A stretch of 62,603 bases of DNA, counting the filler, from Basidiobolus ranarum (taxonomy: Eukaryota), in NCBI GenBank assembly GCA_040143965.1. It is 10 parts of 10 records of this genome, joined end to end, with 100 filler letters (N's around TTAATTAATTAA, not from the genome) between each part and the next. Parts side by side here need not be neighbours in the genome. Positions count along the whole stretch, not along the records: positions 25,122 to 31,289 come from JASJQH010001388.1; positions 31,390 to 37,557 come from JASJQH010001389.1; positions 37,658 to 43,821 come from JASJQH010001390.1; 7 more parts are not named here. One strand, given 5' to 3'. Made by a program: the position numbers and the translations under genes. The notes below the pieces were generated by a model. The model was not told the origin of the DNA and made no database searches. It saw nothing but the letters and a program-made list of their open reading frames with translations. Positions 25,411 through 38,615 of the stretch are shown here, one piece after another. Numbering within the stretch: position 1 is the first letter of the stretch; every line of letters starts with the position of its first letter.

Positions 25411-26461
25411 ATGAAGAATTATTGAAAGAAGTAATCAAATGCGAATGATGGTGTCTCTGTTGGCACGCATAGCTTAATTTAAATATTCTTTACTCAGGCG
25501 ATGAGATTTTTTTCTGTCGTACAGTGTGAATACTTGTAGTAATGGTTTGGTATTTTTGGGTGGACAGAATTTATCTGTTGTAAGGCAGAATATGCACGTG
25601 AAGAAACACCTGGCACCGGCTTGTAGGATTTAATATAGAAGCTCAAGATGGAAGAATCCGGTATTGAAAGGTTGACCCACTTGGTAAATCCAATTGGTTG
25701 AGATCTGCTGAGAACTATGAACGAACACAACGTGAAAATTGGTATTGATTCTATTTGTCATCCATCGAACTTCCCATATTCCGGTATTCAGTAGCGATGT
25801 CGTACAAACACTCAAACTATCTTCAAGTGGGAACATGCAGCATATTTAGAAACACTCCAATGGAATCCCCACCAATAGTGGGACCATGCCCAGGACAGTG
25901 CTAGCATTAGATCTAAATGGACATATTCATTGTTTCTACAATCAAGATGTTCGGATAGAGACCACGTTTACCGAACTTGAAGCCGATACAATCGCATAAT
26001 CTAGAAGTGAATTCAGGTCAAGAGCACAATGGCCCAAGTGAAACCATTGGATAGTTGCCCATCGCTGTGTAGATGAAAGTACATAATGATTATAGGTTTA
26101 ATTAGAAATTTAACTAATCTACAATTACTTCAGAACGACTTTTCATAAACATACTTGAAAGTGCGAAGGAATAAACATACATATCAAAAAAGGGCGAAAG
26201 CAATGCCGTGGAAACTAATAATGTAAAAAGAAAATACATGCGGTGCATAAAGGAATCAATTGTTGCTATTCAAATAGGATGCCTTGTGAGCATTCTCCAG
26301 CTTAAGATGCTGACCAGTTCCTTCATTGAAGATATACTTGGGCATGTAGCGTCTCAGTTGATGTATATGGAAAAGTATACACGAATGCAAAATTGGCATC
26401 TAGTAAAAAAAGGTTTGAAAATAATCAATGGTCGATTGGCGTTACTCTTTATGCGGATTCC

Positions 26462-28533
26462 TTAATGTGTATGGAAGCAATTATTACAGCTACCCTGCTT
26501 GAACATATTTGCTTTGTAATCCGTACACCCACACTCACGACAGGCCTGGTCTGATCCATTTACACCGAATGTTCTTTCATTTGAAGGCAGAGACCTCAAG
26601 ACGTCAGAGCGGTCAGGAATTGGGGGGTGGTTGATTTTTGGTGGATCTAGTCGTGCAGTTGGCACCCGACTTGGCAAAGTTGGTTTCGAGCCACTGGAAT
26701 AGTGAGAAGGCGAGGTGGGGACAAGTCGTCGCTGACTGACAGGTTCGCTTTGGGCGTGCATTCCTGCTTGGATAGGGAAATAATTGTCATTGGAGTGAAT
26801 GTAACTAGGAGGAATATTCGTGGCAGTTATTTGCGGAGTGGTGTTGCTTATTGCAGTGTAGGGTTTTTTGTGTATATTCAGAGGTGGTGGTATAGCTGGC
26901 CCAACTTCTTCAACATAGTTGGAGGGAAACATTCCGACACGCCTTCCATGCTCGTCTATTAATTCTCCGACCCACCAGCCATTGTCGATCTCATCTAATA
27001 CAGTGACCAGATCTCCTTTGTATATCGGCAACTCGTCTTTAGAATCACCATCGAAGTCATACAGTACTCGCACTTGCTTCCTTTGATTTACATGACTGGG
27101 GAGTGATGGAGAAGATCTGTCGATACTAAAACTGGATGTCCGAGTAAGAATTCTACTAGGTGCAGAACTAGGATTCATTCCATTATTACTAGGTACCATA
27201 TCTTCTAACGGCTCACTATCGGTCCTTGGCATCTCCAAGTCACCGTAGTTATGGTTATATTGTATACGGGTAGGCTCTTGGCCTTCGTGGCCGGAAGAGA
27301 AGTGTGCGCGATGAGATTTCGAGCGAGCGAGACTAGGGCTTCTACGCACGGATTTGTAATGATTTAAGTAATTACTATAAATTTTAAAAGAGCGTAAATA
27401 AATGGTGTTGGCGTAGTAATACATCAGTGAGATCATCAAACCTTTCGTGAAATATATCTTGAATACCAATTAAGATCTCCGCACTTTTTTGATGATATTC
27501 CAATTCACAATTGTAAAACATGGCCAGTTGTCTCATGTGCATCTCCTAAGTTAAACAACATGAACATTAATCTAAGTATCACAGTAATTTGCATTATTGA
27601 CGAACCTCAGCATTCCCAATACCAATCATTCTACTATATGTATCTTCCATGGATTCATTGAACTTCAATTCAGCGGCACGCATCTGTTCTTCTAATTCTG
27701 GTTTTTCTTTCTTGGCTCTTTGAACTGTGTTTAGTTTTGCGTTATAATCTAATCGACGAGACTCTAGTTTTTTACGTGATTGCTAAGGGAATAACGTATC
27801 TTGCATTGATAAGGGTTTATGGAGAGCTTTTACGACAAAAAAACCATACCTGTAGTTCCTTGAGTTCATTCAGCGCATTTTCCAGTCCACTTATATAATC
27901 TGCCCGAAGTTTGTTGGCCTAGTAAGTGAACGATAAGAACAAGAATAAAAAATAAAGTCTAGCTTCAAATACAAACATAGTCAAGCTGGCTATTAGCTAT
28001 TTTTTCTTGGGCTTCACCGAATTTTATCATTGCCTGGCCTTTAGTTTTAGACACAGAATCCAATTAGTCAAGAGGGTTTCAAAAGAAGATTTAAGCAGAT
28101 CAGAGGTTTTACCGTATGGTGAATCGCGAGGAAAGGCCTGCCCTTGAGCCACTAAAGAGTAAGCTAAACTTAGAAGAGGGGATATTTTGTTTTTATCCTC
28201 AGGTCCTTTTTTCTTTTTCTCTGGATCAATAATAAAACCGTTAGTGAACTAACAAAGTGAGAGAAATCCAGTGAGAATATCAACACACCCAAAGTCTTTA
28301 GATAGACTTCCGAGGCATTATAAAGTCGCTCAATCGTGTCCTTGCGTCGATCCGTTTCTTGCTCTAATCTCAGAAACTCATCACTACTCTCTGTCTTGTT
28401 GACTTTACCAAACTTCTCACCGGTCCACTACACAATCAGCATTAAAAGAATCAGCCGAGAAGTACAAAGCCTCTCTACGTCAGTTTCATACCTGCTTGAA
28501 TTTGCCCAGATTTTTACCAATAGCGGCAGCCAT
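26462..28533 (-). CDS. BAR + SH3 adaptor (endophilin/Mug137-like) with a C-terminal Cys/His motif, multi-exon
   Basis: Spliced N-terminus MAAAIGKNLGKFKQ|WTGEKFGK..SDEFLRLEQETDRRK..SPYGKAMIKFGEAQEKIA..RKKLESSRLDYNAK (BAR). SH3: VRVLYDFDGDSKDELPIYKGD..GWWVGE..GMFPSNYV. Pro-rich tail ending CRECGCTDYKANMFKQGSCNNCFHTH*. Confidence 0.85.
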
Positions 28534-29356
28534 GAGTCAAGTGAATATATAATAAATATGTAGCACACGTTATGCTGAAACTGAGAAACAAGAGAATTAT
28601 AAGTTCTAGCTAATAATATTTTGATTTGAGATATCACTATTATCTATTAAATATAGGGCAAGCCCGAAATTCAAGAGATCTCAGCAGTTAGATTGAGCAT
28701 CAAAAGAAATAAATTTCATTCAGAAATGCGCCATGACAGGGATGGGATTATGTCATTATCCGAATTGAGAAAATGAGATTTTAGTTTGTTAGTCAAGAGC
28801 CCGAAAGAGAAGCCCAACCAGATTGATGCTGATACGATTCATGTATGCACATGTATTTTTAGACTGGCCAAACCTGAGTAAATCACCTGCGATGACTTAT
28901 TGAAGCGTTAGTGTATCAGTGGAGAGAGTCTTGCGCTAGAAGAACCCTGACCATGCCACATGGGCTACATTGCAAGAGAGAGAATGCATTGTACAAGTGT
29001 CTTCATACAGAGTATTTCGCTCTTATTTACCAAAACAGCCAAAGTGCCGAAGGGTAATATAGCAGCATCTGGGAATTATGAGTAGAGTATCTTCACTATT
29101 CTGAGAAATTGCCATATTCACGAAGTCGCTCCCAAAGATAGTTCTAGAAATCGAAATTCATGGACCGTTCTGGCCAGGCCTGATAGTAATTACACCCTAG
29201 ATGGAAATCTCACGAATGTTCCAATCGTAAATGAATTTACTGATGTTAGATGATCTTGGGAGAATGGGATGACATCATTCCTGGCTAGATGCCTATAAAT
29301 TAGGTGAATGGCGACTCTTGTCTGACACTTATTTATCATTGTAACACTTTCTCAGC

Positions 29357-30034
29357 ATGAACCGCGAAGAACTCGACTCCTATCAATGTCAGTTGGACCA
29401 AGTACAACTTGCCTTGCAATCTGATCCTGAAAACAGTGAGCTTCTTAAGCTCCAACATGACTTATCTGATTTAATAGCTCTAACGAAAACCTTTCTTCAG
29501 CAGCAAAATGTTCCAACGACAAAATCCAAATCTCCGAAGCATCACGAAGCACCACCCAGCCCACATTCTCCGGTATTTACAACTGCACCCACTGAACATA
29601 CTTGGAAGGTTGGTGATAACTGTTTGGTTAAATGGCCTATTGATGGTAAATATTACGAAGGGGTGATCGTTGCTATCTCTTCCGATGAGGATTTTACTGT
29701 TACTTACAAAGGCTATGGAAGTACCGAGACAGTCACAAAAGATGACTTGAAACTCCCAAAAAACCAAGCAAAGAAGAGAAAAACTGACTCCGTTTTCGAC
29801 ACAAAGGTAACTCCCAACAAGAAAAAGAATTTACTTCCTAAGAAAGAGACACTCCAACGAAAGCAGGAGGGCTGGTTAAAATTCGCCAACAAAAAAACCA
29901 TTAAGACACCTGCTATCAATAAAAAATCCATCTTTGCTTCTCCAGCTTCTATCGAAGGGAAAGTAGGGGTCACTAGTAGCGGAAAACCAATGACCCAATT
30001 TACGACACAACACCGACACGTATTCAAGGTCTAG
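29357..30034 (+). CDS. SPF30: Splicing factor SPF30/SMNDC1 (Tudor domain)
   Basis: ELDSYQCQLDQVQLALQSDPENSELLKL; Tudor WKVGDNCLVKWPIDGKYYEGVI; C-terminal KKSIFASPASIEGKVGVTSSGKPMTQF. Confidence 0.9.
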   Translation: MNREELDSYQCQLDQVQLALQSDPENSELLKLQHDLSDLIALTKTFLQQQNVPTTKSKSPKHHEAPPSPHSPVFTTAPTEHTWKVGDNCLVKWPIDGKYYEGVIVAISSDEDFTVTYKGYGSTETVTKDDLKLPKNQAKKRKTDSVFDTKVTPNKKKNLLPKKETLQRKQEGWLKFANKKTIKTPAINKKSIFASPASIEGKVGVTSSGKPMTQFTTQHRHVFKV

Positions 30035-31289
30035 TTTGTAAATTTGAGTTATCAGTTACTTGTAAATTTCCCATCTCTTGCATCATCCGTAAACTATTTC
30101 GCAGATATTCCTCTCAAAGTGGAGACTGTTGCTCAATCGACTGGAGGCAATATGCTCAGTGTACATAAATCCTCACCTAACGAGGGTTTCTACTACGTCA
30201 CACTGACGGAGAAGACGATTACTTCAAGTAAGAGAATTTTCAAATTTGAATTCGTGTCCATTTATTCATCACTTGGCTACAATAAACCTTACAACACTGG
30301 AAATAAAGTTTGCATTTGATGTGATAAAGATCTTATGGTAACGTACTTAGCCATGTAGCAACATGTACCCCACAAAATAGATGACTGAGCCCGAAAAAGA
30401 AAATAATATCATGTCTTTAGTATCGAATCATCACTTTATTCAAACTGGTTGTTATATGGATGAGACGAATGAAGTTCTTGAACTTGGTCAATCCTATTGT
30501 AGAGCCACGTATAGAATTTGACTTGCCTATTCTCAATGATGGTTTATTTTCTTAATAGCTTGGACTGTTACTTCATTTAGCAGCCAAAGATAGTGAGTGA
30601 TTCTGCATTGGCGGCTTAGTTAAACATTGATTAGTTTTATATGCTGACTATTATGAATAACATGCAATAGATCTACACTGGTAGTTCCCACATTGAGGAA
30701 ACTTCATTTATTTGATCGAATAGTTCAGTGTTCAAAATTGCAATATTGATTTGAAATATATATGAAATCTTCAAGAGTTAGCAGAGAACTTAGCTTTTTA
30801 GCTTTAATAGTCTTACTGATTAATCTCATTATAGTTCAAACTCAAGACAATATATTTTGCAGGCTTATACTAATTTGATTTCTTAAAAGACAATTCACAA
30901 CTTTCACTTTCTGACTATTCATTATGAACCCCAAGATATACCCTCTAATATGGGTCTAAAATCTGGAGAACAATGATTGCTAATTCTACCATTAAAAATT
31001 TTTTAGGAAGAATTCTAATTTTTGGAAATATAAACCCTAACAAAAATAAAATTGATTTGATCCAGATCAGATCTACCCTCTTCAGTAGTGATCTCATGAG
31101 AGAACCATCACAAAATCATCAGCTAGTATTTTGCCAGATTTAATGATGGTTTAAATTGTTGAAGTTTATTATCTTTATCATATTTATTATCTCTATCTTT
31201 ATACACCTAACTATTTCATATATCACATATAAGTTAGCTAACATTACTTAGTCAAATATCACTTAGCTGAAAATTTGAACATATATTAT

Positions 31290-31389
31290 NNNNNNNNNNN
31301 NNNNNNNNNNNNNNNNNNNNNNNNNNNNNNNNNTTAATTAATTAANNNNNNNNNNNNNNNNNNNNNNNNNNNNNNNNNNNNNNNNNNNN
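31290..31389. other. Artificial contig linker
   Basis: N44-TTAATTAATTAA-N44. Confidence 0.98.
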
Positions 31390-32688
31390 CATAGCCCTGC
31401 CAGAAGTGAGTCCAGCCACTCTTCCAAAACCAGCAGTGACTCGGAAGAAGAACAGTCACTTCAAACGCCGGGCAACGCCTCAGCAACTTTCGGATTGAGG
31501 ATTCAATCAAAGGATGATACTAGCCACACTAAACATCCGTATATCTGTCCCTACAATAGCTGTGGCTGGAGTTTCAAACGCTACGAGCATTTGAAAAGAC
31601 ATCAACTGGTTCACACAAAAGAGCGCCCGTTTGTGTGTGAATTTCCTAACTGTGGCAAGAGTTTTAGCAGAAGTGACAACTACTCTGCTCATTTTCGTAC
31701 TCATCAACGACGCAGAAGCGTAGTAGAGACCATTCCCCAGACCTCAATTGAGAAAAATAATGAAAATCACGAAATCCCCAGATTAGTTGAACGAAGACGT
31801 AGCCTGGCAGTAGGGGAGGAATTTGGAGATGCACATACAACTATGATTAATCCAAAATTCCCACTTAAACATTTGAGTGTACCCTCACCAAATGATGTGG
31901 AAAACCCGCTTATTTCTCCCTCCAAAATTAGCAATATACATCAATTGTTAAATGGGAACGAGGGCGCTTCCGCAAACTCTTGTCGTTACAAACGTCGCTA
32001 TTCTGAACATACCGTTCTTTCCAGCGAAGAAAACCACACCAAAATACCCAACTGGGGCCGTACAGAAAGAAGACACAGTATTGCGATAATGACATCCGTA
32101 CCTAATGATTTGGAGGTGTCTCCATATTTACCATCAAGCTCTCAGAGCTCACACACTCTTCCCCCAAATGCCCTACGCCACCTTTACCCACAATCTCACC
32201 CCCATGTCCATTCTCTCTCCAAGCTGTCTCCTCATGTGTATCCTCAACATCACGCCCAAGGACAGTCTCTGCCATTTTTGGCTACTCATTATACTCATGT
32301 TCATTCCGTGGTAGGTGCTCCACTTGCAACAATTGAGGAGTCACCACCACATCATATACCAACCACTACAACCACACCAAGGACATCGGCCGCCAAGAAC
32401 CATGTGTGTACTGTCGCTGGGTGCAACATGCGTTTCAAACGCTTGGAACATTTGAAACGTCATATGAGAGTTCATACTCTCGAAAGACCCTTCGCTTGTG
32501 CATACGTAGGTTGTCGCAAGACATTCTCACGAAGAGATAATCTTGGACAACATATGCGCACTCATGAACGACAGGCTTTGAAGCAAGTACAGGGCGATGC
32601 TTTGATGATGGCACAACCTACAATCCGTTCTGCACCACTGGGACTAGGAATTGGACATGCTGGACATGTAAGGCAGAAATCTACATGA
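31390..32688 (+). CDS. C2H2 zinc-finger transcription factor with two separated Msn2/Seb1/Ste12-type finger pairs (5' end cut by contig start)
   Basis: Frame is open from the contig start. Pair 1: [36 protein letters not shown]. Pair 2: [36 protein letters not shown]. Confidence 0.88.
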   Translation, partial: HSPARSESSHSSKTSSDSEEEQSLQTPGNASATFGLRIQSKDDTSHTKHPYICPYNSCGWSFKRYEHLKRHQLVHTKERPFVCEFPNCGKSFSRSDNYSAHFRTHQRRRSVVETIPQTSIEKNNENHEIPRLVERRRSLAVGEEFGDAHTTMINPKFPLKHLSVPSPNDVENPLISPSKISNIHQLLNGNEGASANSCRYKRRYSEHTVLSSEENHTKIPNWGRTERRHSIAIMTSVPNDLEVSPYLPSSSQSSHTLPPNALRHLYPQSHPHVHSLSKLSPHVYPQHHAQGQSLPFLATHYTHVHSVVGAPLATIEESPPHHIPTTTTTPRTSAAKNHVCTVAGCNMRFKRLEHLKRHMRVHTLERPFACAYVGCRKTFSRRDNLGQHMRTHERQALKQVQGDALMMAQPTIRSAPLGLGIGHAGHVRQKST

Positions 32689-33734
32689 GAATCGGCTATA
32701 TATTGCATCGTAGTTGAGAATAACCTATTACAGTATGTATCTTGACACAAATTGTGGACATTAGGAGTATTCGCACATTACGTTTTGGCCAATATTTAGA
32801 ATGCCACTTCGAAGGAATGGAAACTGGTACCACTTTCATTAGTGAAAAGGATATCTCCCGATGAGGGAGGTAGTTATTTCCTTGTTGGTGTATCTAGCTT
32901 TTGAGGTATTGATTTTTTGGGCTTCCTAGGCTTTGTGCATGTGTGTAATAATAGTTTCAGTCAATTATAATATTTTATCTGACTTCTTTTTATATCTATC
33001 AATTCGTGTACATCTTTTTTTCGTTTCGTTTCAAGTGTTACTCTGTATCTTCTATGTGGACTACTTATAAACAAAACGAAGAGCTCACTTTAAGTACCGA
33101 ATACTTCTTCAAATTTATGTTCTCTTCAATCACTTACGAGGCCTTAGTTGCCGCACCATCCATCAATATATTTCACCATTGAATTGCAGTCATAATAAAG
33201 TTGTTTTTACATTGTACCTATATCTTCCGATGTTTAGCTAAGATATATGACTTCCGACTATCTCTCTGACTGCTGTCAACCTTCTACTACAATTAGCTCC
33301 AAGCGGTTTAATGTGATACTATAGGCTGTTCATACGTCCGCGGGAGTTGTAAAAACTCTCTCTCCAAGCTCTATAGTGGAGTATTTGCAGCATTACAAAG
33401 GTACCGAAGAGAAAGAAAGTGAATCTCACTGGATATCATTCCAATGACATTTGATATATGCTAAGAGCGTTCTGAGAATATTTATCATTCTAGCACAATA
33501 TGCTCAGTCATAAAACATCGATAGCCTCGAAAACGGTTCGGAATAAGCCGGAATATGATGAAGGGAAAGCGAAATGGGGTAAGCTTGTGTAAATCGTAAG
33601 TTTTAGTTAAAATATTTACCCTCAAACAAATGAATTTTAATGGGAAAAAGGTTCGTCATCAAAATTTCACCACTTGCTCTTAACGATATCAAAGTTGTGC
33701 ACAAAACCAAATTGTGCCTTCTTCGTCTTCCATC

Positions 33735-35165
33735 ATGGCGTCATTAAACCGTTCAAATGCTACGATGTTCAGAAAAAAGAATCGAAACCTAACTGGACTG
33801 AAAATCTCTCCTATTAGCGTTTCCACTACTGAGCAAAGGTCTCCAAGTGCTTCTTTATTTGCCACAAATACTGTGGCTTTAAAAAGTGCCGTTGATATGA
33901 GTAATTTGCATTCAAACGGAGAAAACAGTGACTCAACAAATGAATTTTTGGACTTAAACCCAAGTAACATCACTGAAATTAAGAAACTTGGTGAAGGTGC
34001 CGGGGGCTCAGTTTTTCAAGTTCGTCACGAACCCACAGGGATGATTATGGCAAGAAAGGTAACAACTTTATTTCACCGTGTTCTAAGTTCGTCTTAAATT
34101 ATGTCTGCTTACCCGAAAAAATAACCCTCTTTAGACTGTTCCTGCTGACCCTGACCCAAATATGCAGCGTCAAATTATACGTGAACTTTCTTTCCTTCGT
34201 ACTTGCAAATCTCCCTATATTGTGTCTTTTTATGGAGCCTACTTAGATGAAGAAGATACATCCATCTCCATATGTATGGAATACTGTCATGGTGGAAGTT
34301 TTGACGCAATTTGTCGAAAAGCAGCTGAGAAAGGTGGTCGAATCGGTGAGGGCGTACTTGGAAAGATAGCAGTCGCGGTATGATATATATATGATTATTA
34401 CTCTCGACTTAACCTAGACTATAACGTATTTATATGGAATAATAATATTCAAATCACCTTAGGTTCTGAATGGCCTAGTTTACCTTCATAGCCGCCATAT
34501 CATCCATAGAGGTAAGTGTATTCATGTATTGCTCGCTCACCAGTGATGATTTCTGATTGAGCAATAGATGTCAAACCATCCAATATTCTACTTACTAGCG
34601 ATGGAAATATCAAACTCTGTGACTTTGGGGTTAGTGGAGAATTGATTGATTCTATTGCAGCCACCTTTGTTGGAACAAGTTATTATATGGCGGTAAGTTT
34701 ATTTACTTTGGCATCAGCTCGACGATGATGTATTAATTCTCTACCTTCCAGCCGGAAAGAATCCAAGGAGCTCGATATGCTGTGCAATCGGATATTTGGT
34801 CTCTTGGGTTGACCATTATCGAAATTGCTAATTCACGCTTTCCATTCCCCCCCCCTGGCCATCCACCTCTGGCCATTTTTGAGCTGTTAGATTATATCGT
34901 TCGCTCGCCAGTACCAGAGCTGCGAGTTGAAGATGGCTGGAGCCCTGAAATTTCGAACTTCATTACTAAATGGTATGTAGCCTTACTTCATGTATCCACT
35001 AACTTCATACCATCCTAATCGTGATTATTTGATTCCTCACACAGTCTCATCAAAGATTCGTCGCAACGCCCAACCCCAAGACAACTACTGAACGACCCAT
35101 TCGTCGCCCGTTACGCTGAAACATCCGTAGATCTAGCTCGCTTTGTTCGCGAAGTGTGGGCTTAA
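33735..35165 (+). CDS. MKK1: MAP kinase kinase, Mkk1/Pek1-like (cell wall integrity type), multi-exon
   Basis: Docking motif [94 protein letters not shown]. Five GT-AG introns. The subfamily call is less certain than the MAP2K call. Confidence 0.85.
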
Positions 35166-36131
35166 TCTTCATCGTCCTACCCACCTTTCACACCGTTTCT
35201 TAGCACGGATTCCCGACCAGACATTCGATACCAGTTGGAAATCCGGTCTTTTTAGCTCTTGGAAATTTTCCTAAACTTTCGCACTCAATTCATATCTGAG
35301 TACTATGTAATTTCAATTTCTTAAATAAGAAAGAAAATGATGCACATCCTTATTTATATTTATTTAAAGGAACTGACCTTCATTTGTCCAATTTTCCTGC
35401 ATATTCCTGAGAACAAGTAACCATTATTCACATCGTTAGAGCAACCGTTTTCCGTGCAACTTATAATAAAGAGCACCTATGGAACTCGCAACCCTCCGCT
35501 TACTGTTTACACAAAACTTATTTGAAAAATTTACATTGCCATTAATATAGCTCCTGTTAACCCTCTTGTTTCTTTTAAGAGCCTTATTGTCAGCCATTTC
35601 AATCGCATTCAACGAAATGTAGTTGATAAATTTATATTATTTTTCGGGTCTAATCTTCCAAGTTAGGGCAGACATGAGTCATGTTTTAACTGATGGAAAA
35701 ATTGATGAAGTAGTTAAGAAAGTCAAAAACACTTGGCTTAATGAAGATAAAACACTAAGAGTACCATGGCGGTTAGAGGAAAACTTCACTTTTTGCCGTT
35801 GTGCTGATAACAATCCTATTTATTACGTATCAATAGTAGTAGTCTGCACAAATTTCTGATGTACTTGCTAGTGATACTAATAGAAAGCAAGATCTAGTTA
35901 TTTTCAAAGTTGCTATGATGCTTCTTTTTTTCTCAACTGCTATTACAGAAAGAAAATAATTAGTGTGCTTGATTTATACAATAGAGCTTCGAGCCAGGAA
36001 ATTAGTGTAAAAAAAATTCATCAAATCGTTACTAAAAATCTTTTTTTTTTTATTTCTCAATGGTTCAAGTAGGCACCAGACTTCCTAATTTCACTTTTCC
36101 ACCTATCTTTCAACACCTATCCTTCACAAAC

Positions 36132-36527
36132 ATGGCTCAAAAACCTTTAGGAAAGAAAAGTAGCTCCAGTTCCTCTAAAAAGCCTTCCAAGCCAAAGAGA
36201 GGTATAGTCAAAACATTTACCTAACCAATGAACAAGCCGTTTAATAGATATTCATACATAGGTATTGTGATCCCTCCTAAGAAACAAACTTTGGTTAAAC
36301 AAAGAAAGGTTCAACAGGTATTTATTTCTTCAGATTCATCCCGTAAAAGAACTATGATTAATGGCCCAACTCTCTTTTTTCTTTGATAGAAATTGACTTC
36401 AAACATCAATAAGAACATCGAGACTATTATGGCCACTCGCGCCGGCGCTGTTGGTAAATTGACCATCATGAAAGGTTACGCTGAACCAGGCTCTGATAGA
36501 GAAAAAGAGAAGAAGATGAAGCAATAA
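36132..36527 (+). CDS. Small basic UPF0390/DUF2462 (C19orf53/L10K-like) protein, three exons
   Basis: Not in the ORF track. Introns 36202-36261 and 36318-36389 give MAQKPLGKKSSSSSSKKPSKPKRGIVIPPKKQTLVKQRKVQQKLTSNINKNIETIMATRAGAVGKLTIMKG..KKMKQ*. Confidence 0.8.
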
Positions 36528-37557
36528 GCATTATATTCCCCTATTATTTTGGTTAGCATACTTTTGTAATTTATGTGGTAATTGCTGCGACCTTTGGCAA
36601 CTTTCGGGTAAAGGCTTCGGATTCAATACGTCGTAAACAGCCTTTGGCACATTGCCAGTTTCTTTGTTAATTGAATAGTTGCCAAGTTAAACTTTTTATC
36701 TCATGTACGTAACAAATATTTGGACCTTCTACTCAATAGATCGCTATAATTATATTTTCCCTATAAAAATCATTATTACTTGCTGAAGACATCTCGCTAG
36801 CCCGCAATTGAATATCTCAACCATTTCCTCTACATTTTTAGCAGAATGAGTTTGAGTAAGCGACATATTTCAACACCATACCTAGTTCCCCGAGACCTTG
36901 ATGGTATATTAAGCTTAGTGCTATAAGTGAATAGGATTCGCTTGGAACAGAGGGTATCTTGTGGGTATCCGATGGTCATGAGCATTCGGATACCACACCA
37001 TCTGACTTCATCCATAGCCAATGAATGCCAATTGGGAATAGGAATTATTGCGATCTGGCTGATATGTGGCAAGTTTGCTACGGAAATCAAATAGTCTTCT
37101 GAGAACAAGCTATATCGCTCTTGTGCATGCACCGATGGGCTCAGCTGCCAAAATGGATTGAAGTAAATTAATTTCTGTATTAAGAAGGGGATCTCATTTA
37201 TTGCCAGAGATCCTCAACAATTGTTTAATGTTCAAAGGTGTGATCAAACAGCACCTCGAGACTCGATAAACAGCAGTCCTTGCCATCCAAAAGATTGCGT
37301 CAACAAAGCAGCTTGAATGCCAATCGAGACGTGCATTCAGGTCAATGCCGACGTACAGGAGTTGCGAACTAGTTTTAGAACCAGCGGCTGCCCCAAACAC
37401 TGTCGCTCTAAAGCGGCTATCTAGTTCTTTTCAGACTAGCGCTCGGGTAATTTTTAAGACCTGCTGGCTTGCAATCATGATCAGGCTACATAACAATCTG
37501 TTGATGGATTGTTTGCTTAGAAACACCGTTGTAGCCGAGTCGGACCCTCATTAAGGT

Positions 37558-37657
37558 NNNNNNNNNNNNNNNNNNNNNNNNNNNNNNNNNNNNNNNNNNN
37601 NTTAATTAATTAANNNNNNNNNNNNNNNNNNNNNNNNNNNNNNNNNNNNNNNNNNNN
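37558..37657. other. Artificial contig linker
   Basis: N44-TTAATTAATTAA-N44. Confidence 0.98.
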
Positions 37658-37909
37658 GAATACAGTCTTCTCAACAGTATCGAGAAGGGAGCCATATTCA
37701 CCTTCGATGAAGATCAGCTTCTTGTAGCGCTCAACAGCTCTCTCGAGAATATCAGAACCAGCTGGGGCCTTGATACTGAAACCAAGGTTGTACTTGTCGA
37801 CGCGAATGATGGTGTTTCCAACGTCCATCTTCGCAGGTAAGGGCCAAACCCAAGCCAAGGAAGAAGCAGCGAAGAGAGATATTGTTGTAAGAAGTTTGAT
37901 GGCTAACAT
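37658..37909 (-). CDS. GH20 beta-N-acetylhexosaminidase, 5' part of a tandem copy (cut by contig start)
   Basis: MLAIKLLTTISLFAASSLAWVWPLPAKM.., nearly identical to 42660-42911. Confidence 0.88.
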
Positions 37910-37961
37910 AATATCAAGCGTGTATTAGAGTGAGGAATGCTGTACCCATAACGAATGTCTA

Positions 37962-38096
37962 TTTTCTTATATACCTTTAGCTTCCATTATCATTATCAGT
38001 CACTGAGCTAGTTCAAGTGTTTGCTATCAGATTTCTGTAAATAGTAATTCCTTAAATGTAGATATTAAAAATTCCGAGCAGGAATTCGTTACGCGT
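37962..38096 (-). promoter_or_regulatory. Conserved GH20 upstream block (TATA, TTCCTTAAATGTAGATATTAAAA, ACGCGT)
   Basis: Shared with 42968-43119 and 38727-38832, and partly with 40682-40750. Confidence 0.55.
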
Positions 38097-38615
38097 TTCT
38101 AGCTAAATCCTGGACTCACATTTAGTGGTGAGCTCAATGGAGTGATATTAGTCCCAGGTCGTAATCATTTGAGAGAGACCTTTGGAGTATATCATATTCA
38201 AAAGAAGCTTATACAACTCTTAGGAGGGCCCAGTAGATGAATACTGGATGCTACTGAACTGGTTATGACAAGCACCAAGCCTTAGTGTAATTATGATTTG
38301 CAACTACATCACCAGCTCCGTTCGTCCCAAATTGCTTCAATATCTCACGCTAGTTTTTAAATTTGTAGCGTAAACTAAATTCCATTAACTTGTGCGGATT
38401 CAATAGGATTATTTATTGAAAAGACAAAGTTAAAACCAGTACAATTTTTGAACATTGAATTAACTTGTCCAAACCTATTTTTACAAGATTATAAGCTTTA
38501 AACGCTGCAAACAATATTGGCAGTGAAGGAACATCAAATGATAAAAATTAGGAAGTCAATTAACTTGGTATTTATTATTCTTATAAGGAGTAAAACGGTT
38601 AATCAATACTGGAAG

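Noticed and set aside
34526-34566. Hairpin TATTGCTC..GAGCAATA enclosing GTGATGA-TTT-CTGA in a MAP2K intron (kink-turn-like)
   Set aside because: The CTGAT is well explained as the branch point, the boxes are only 3 nt apart, and an 8-bp stem can arise by chance. No conservation evidence.
36830-37557. Short ORFs on both strands at the end of contig 6
   Set aside because: No recognisable motifs or consistent splice pattern; a degenerate gene cannot be excluded.
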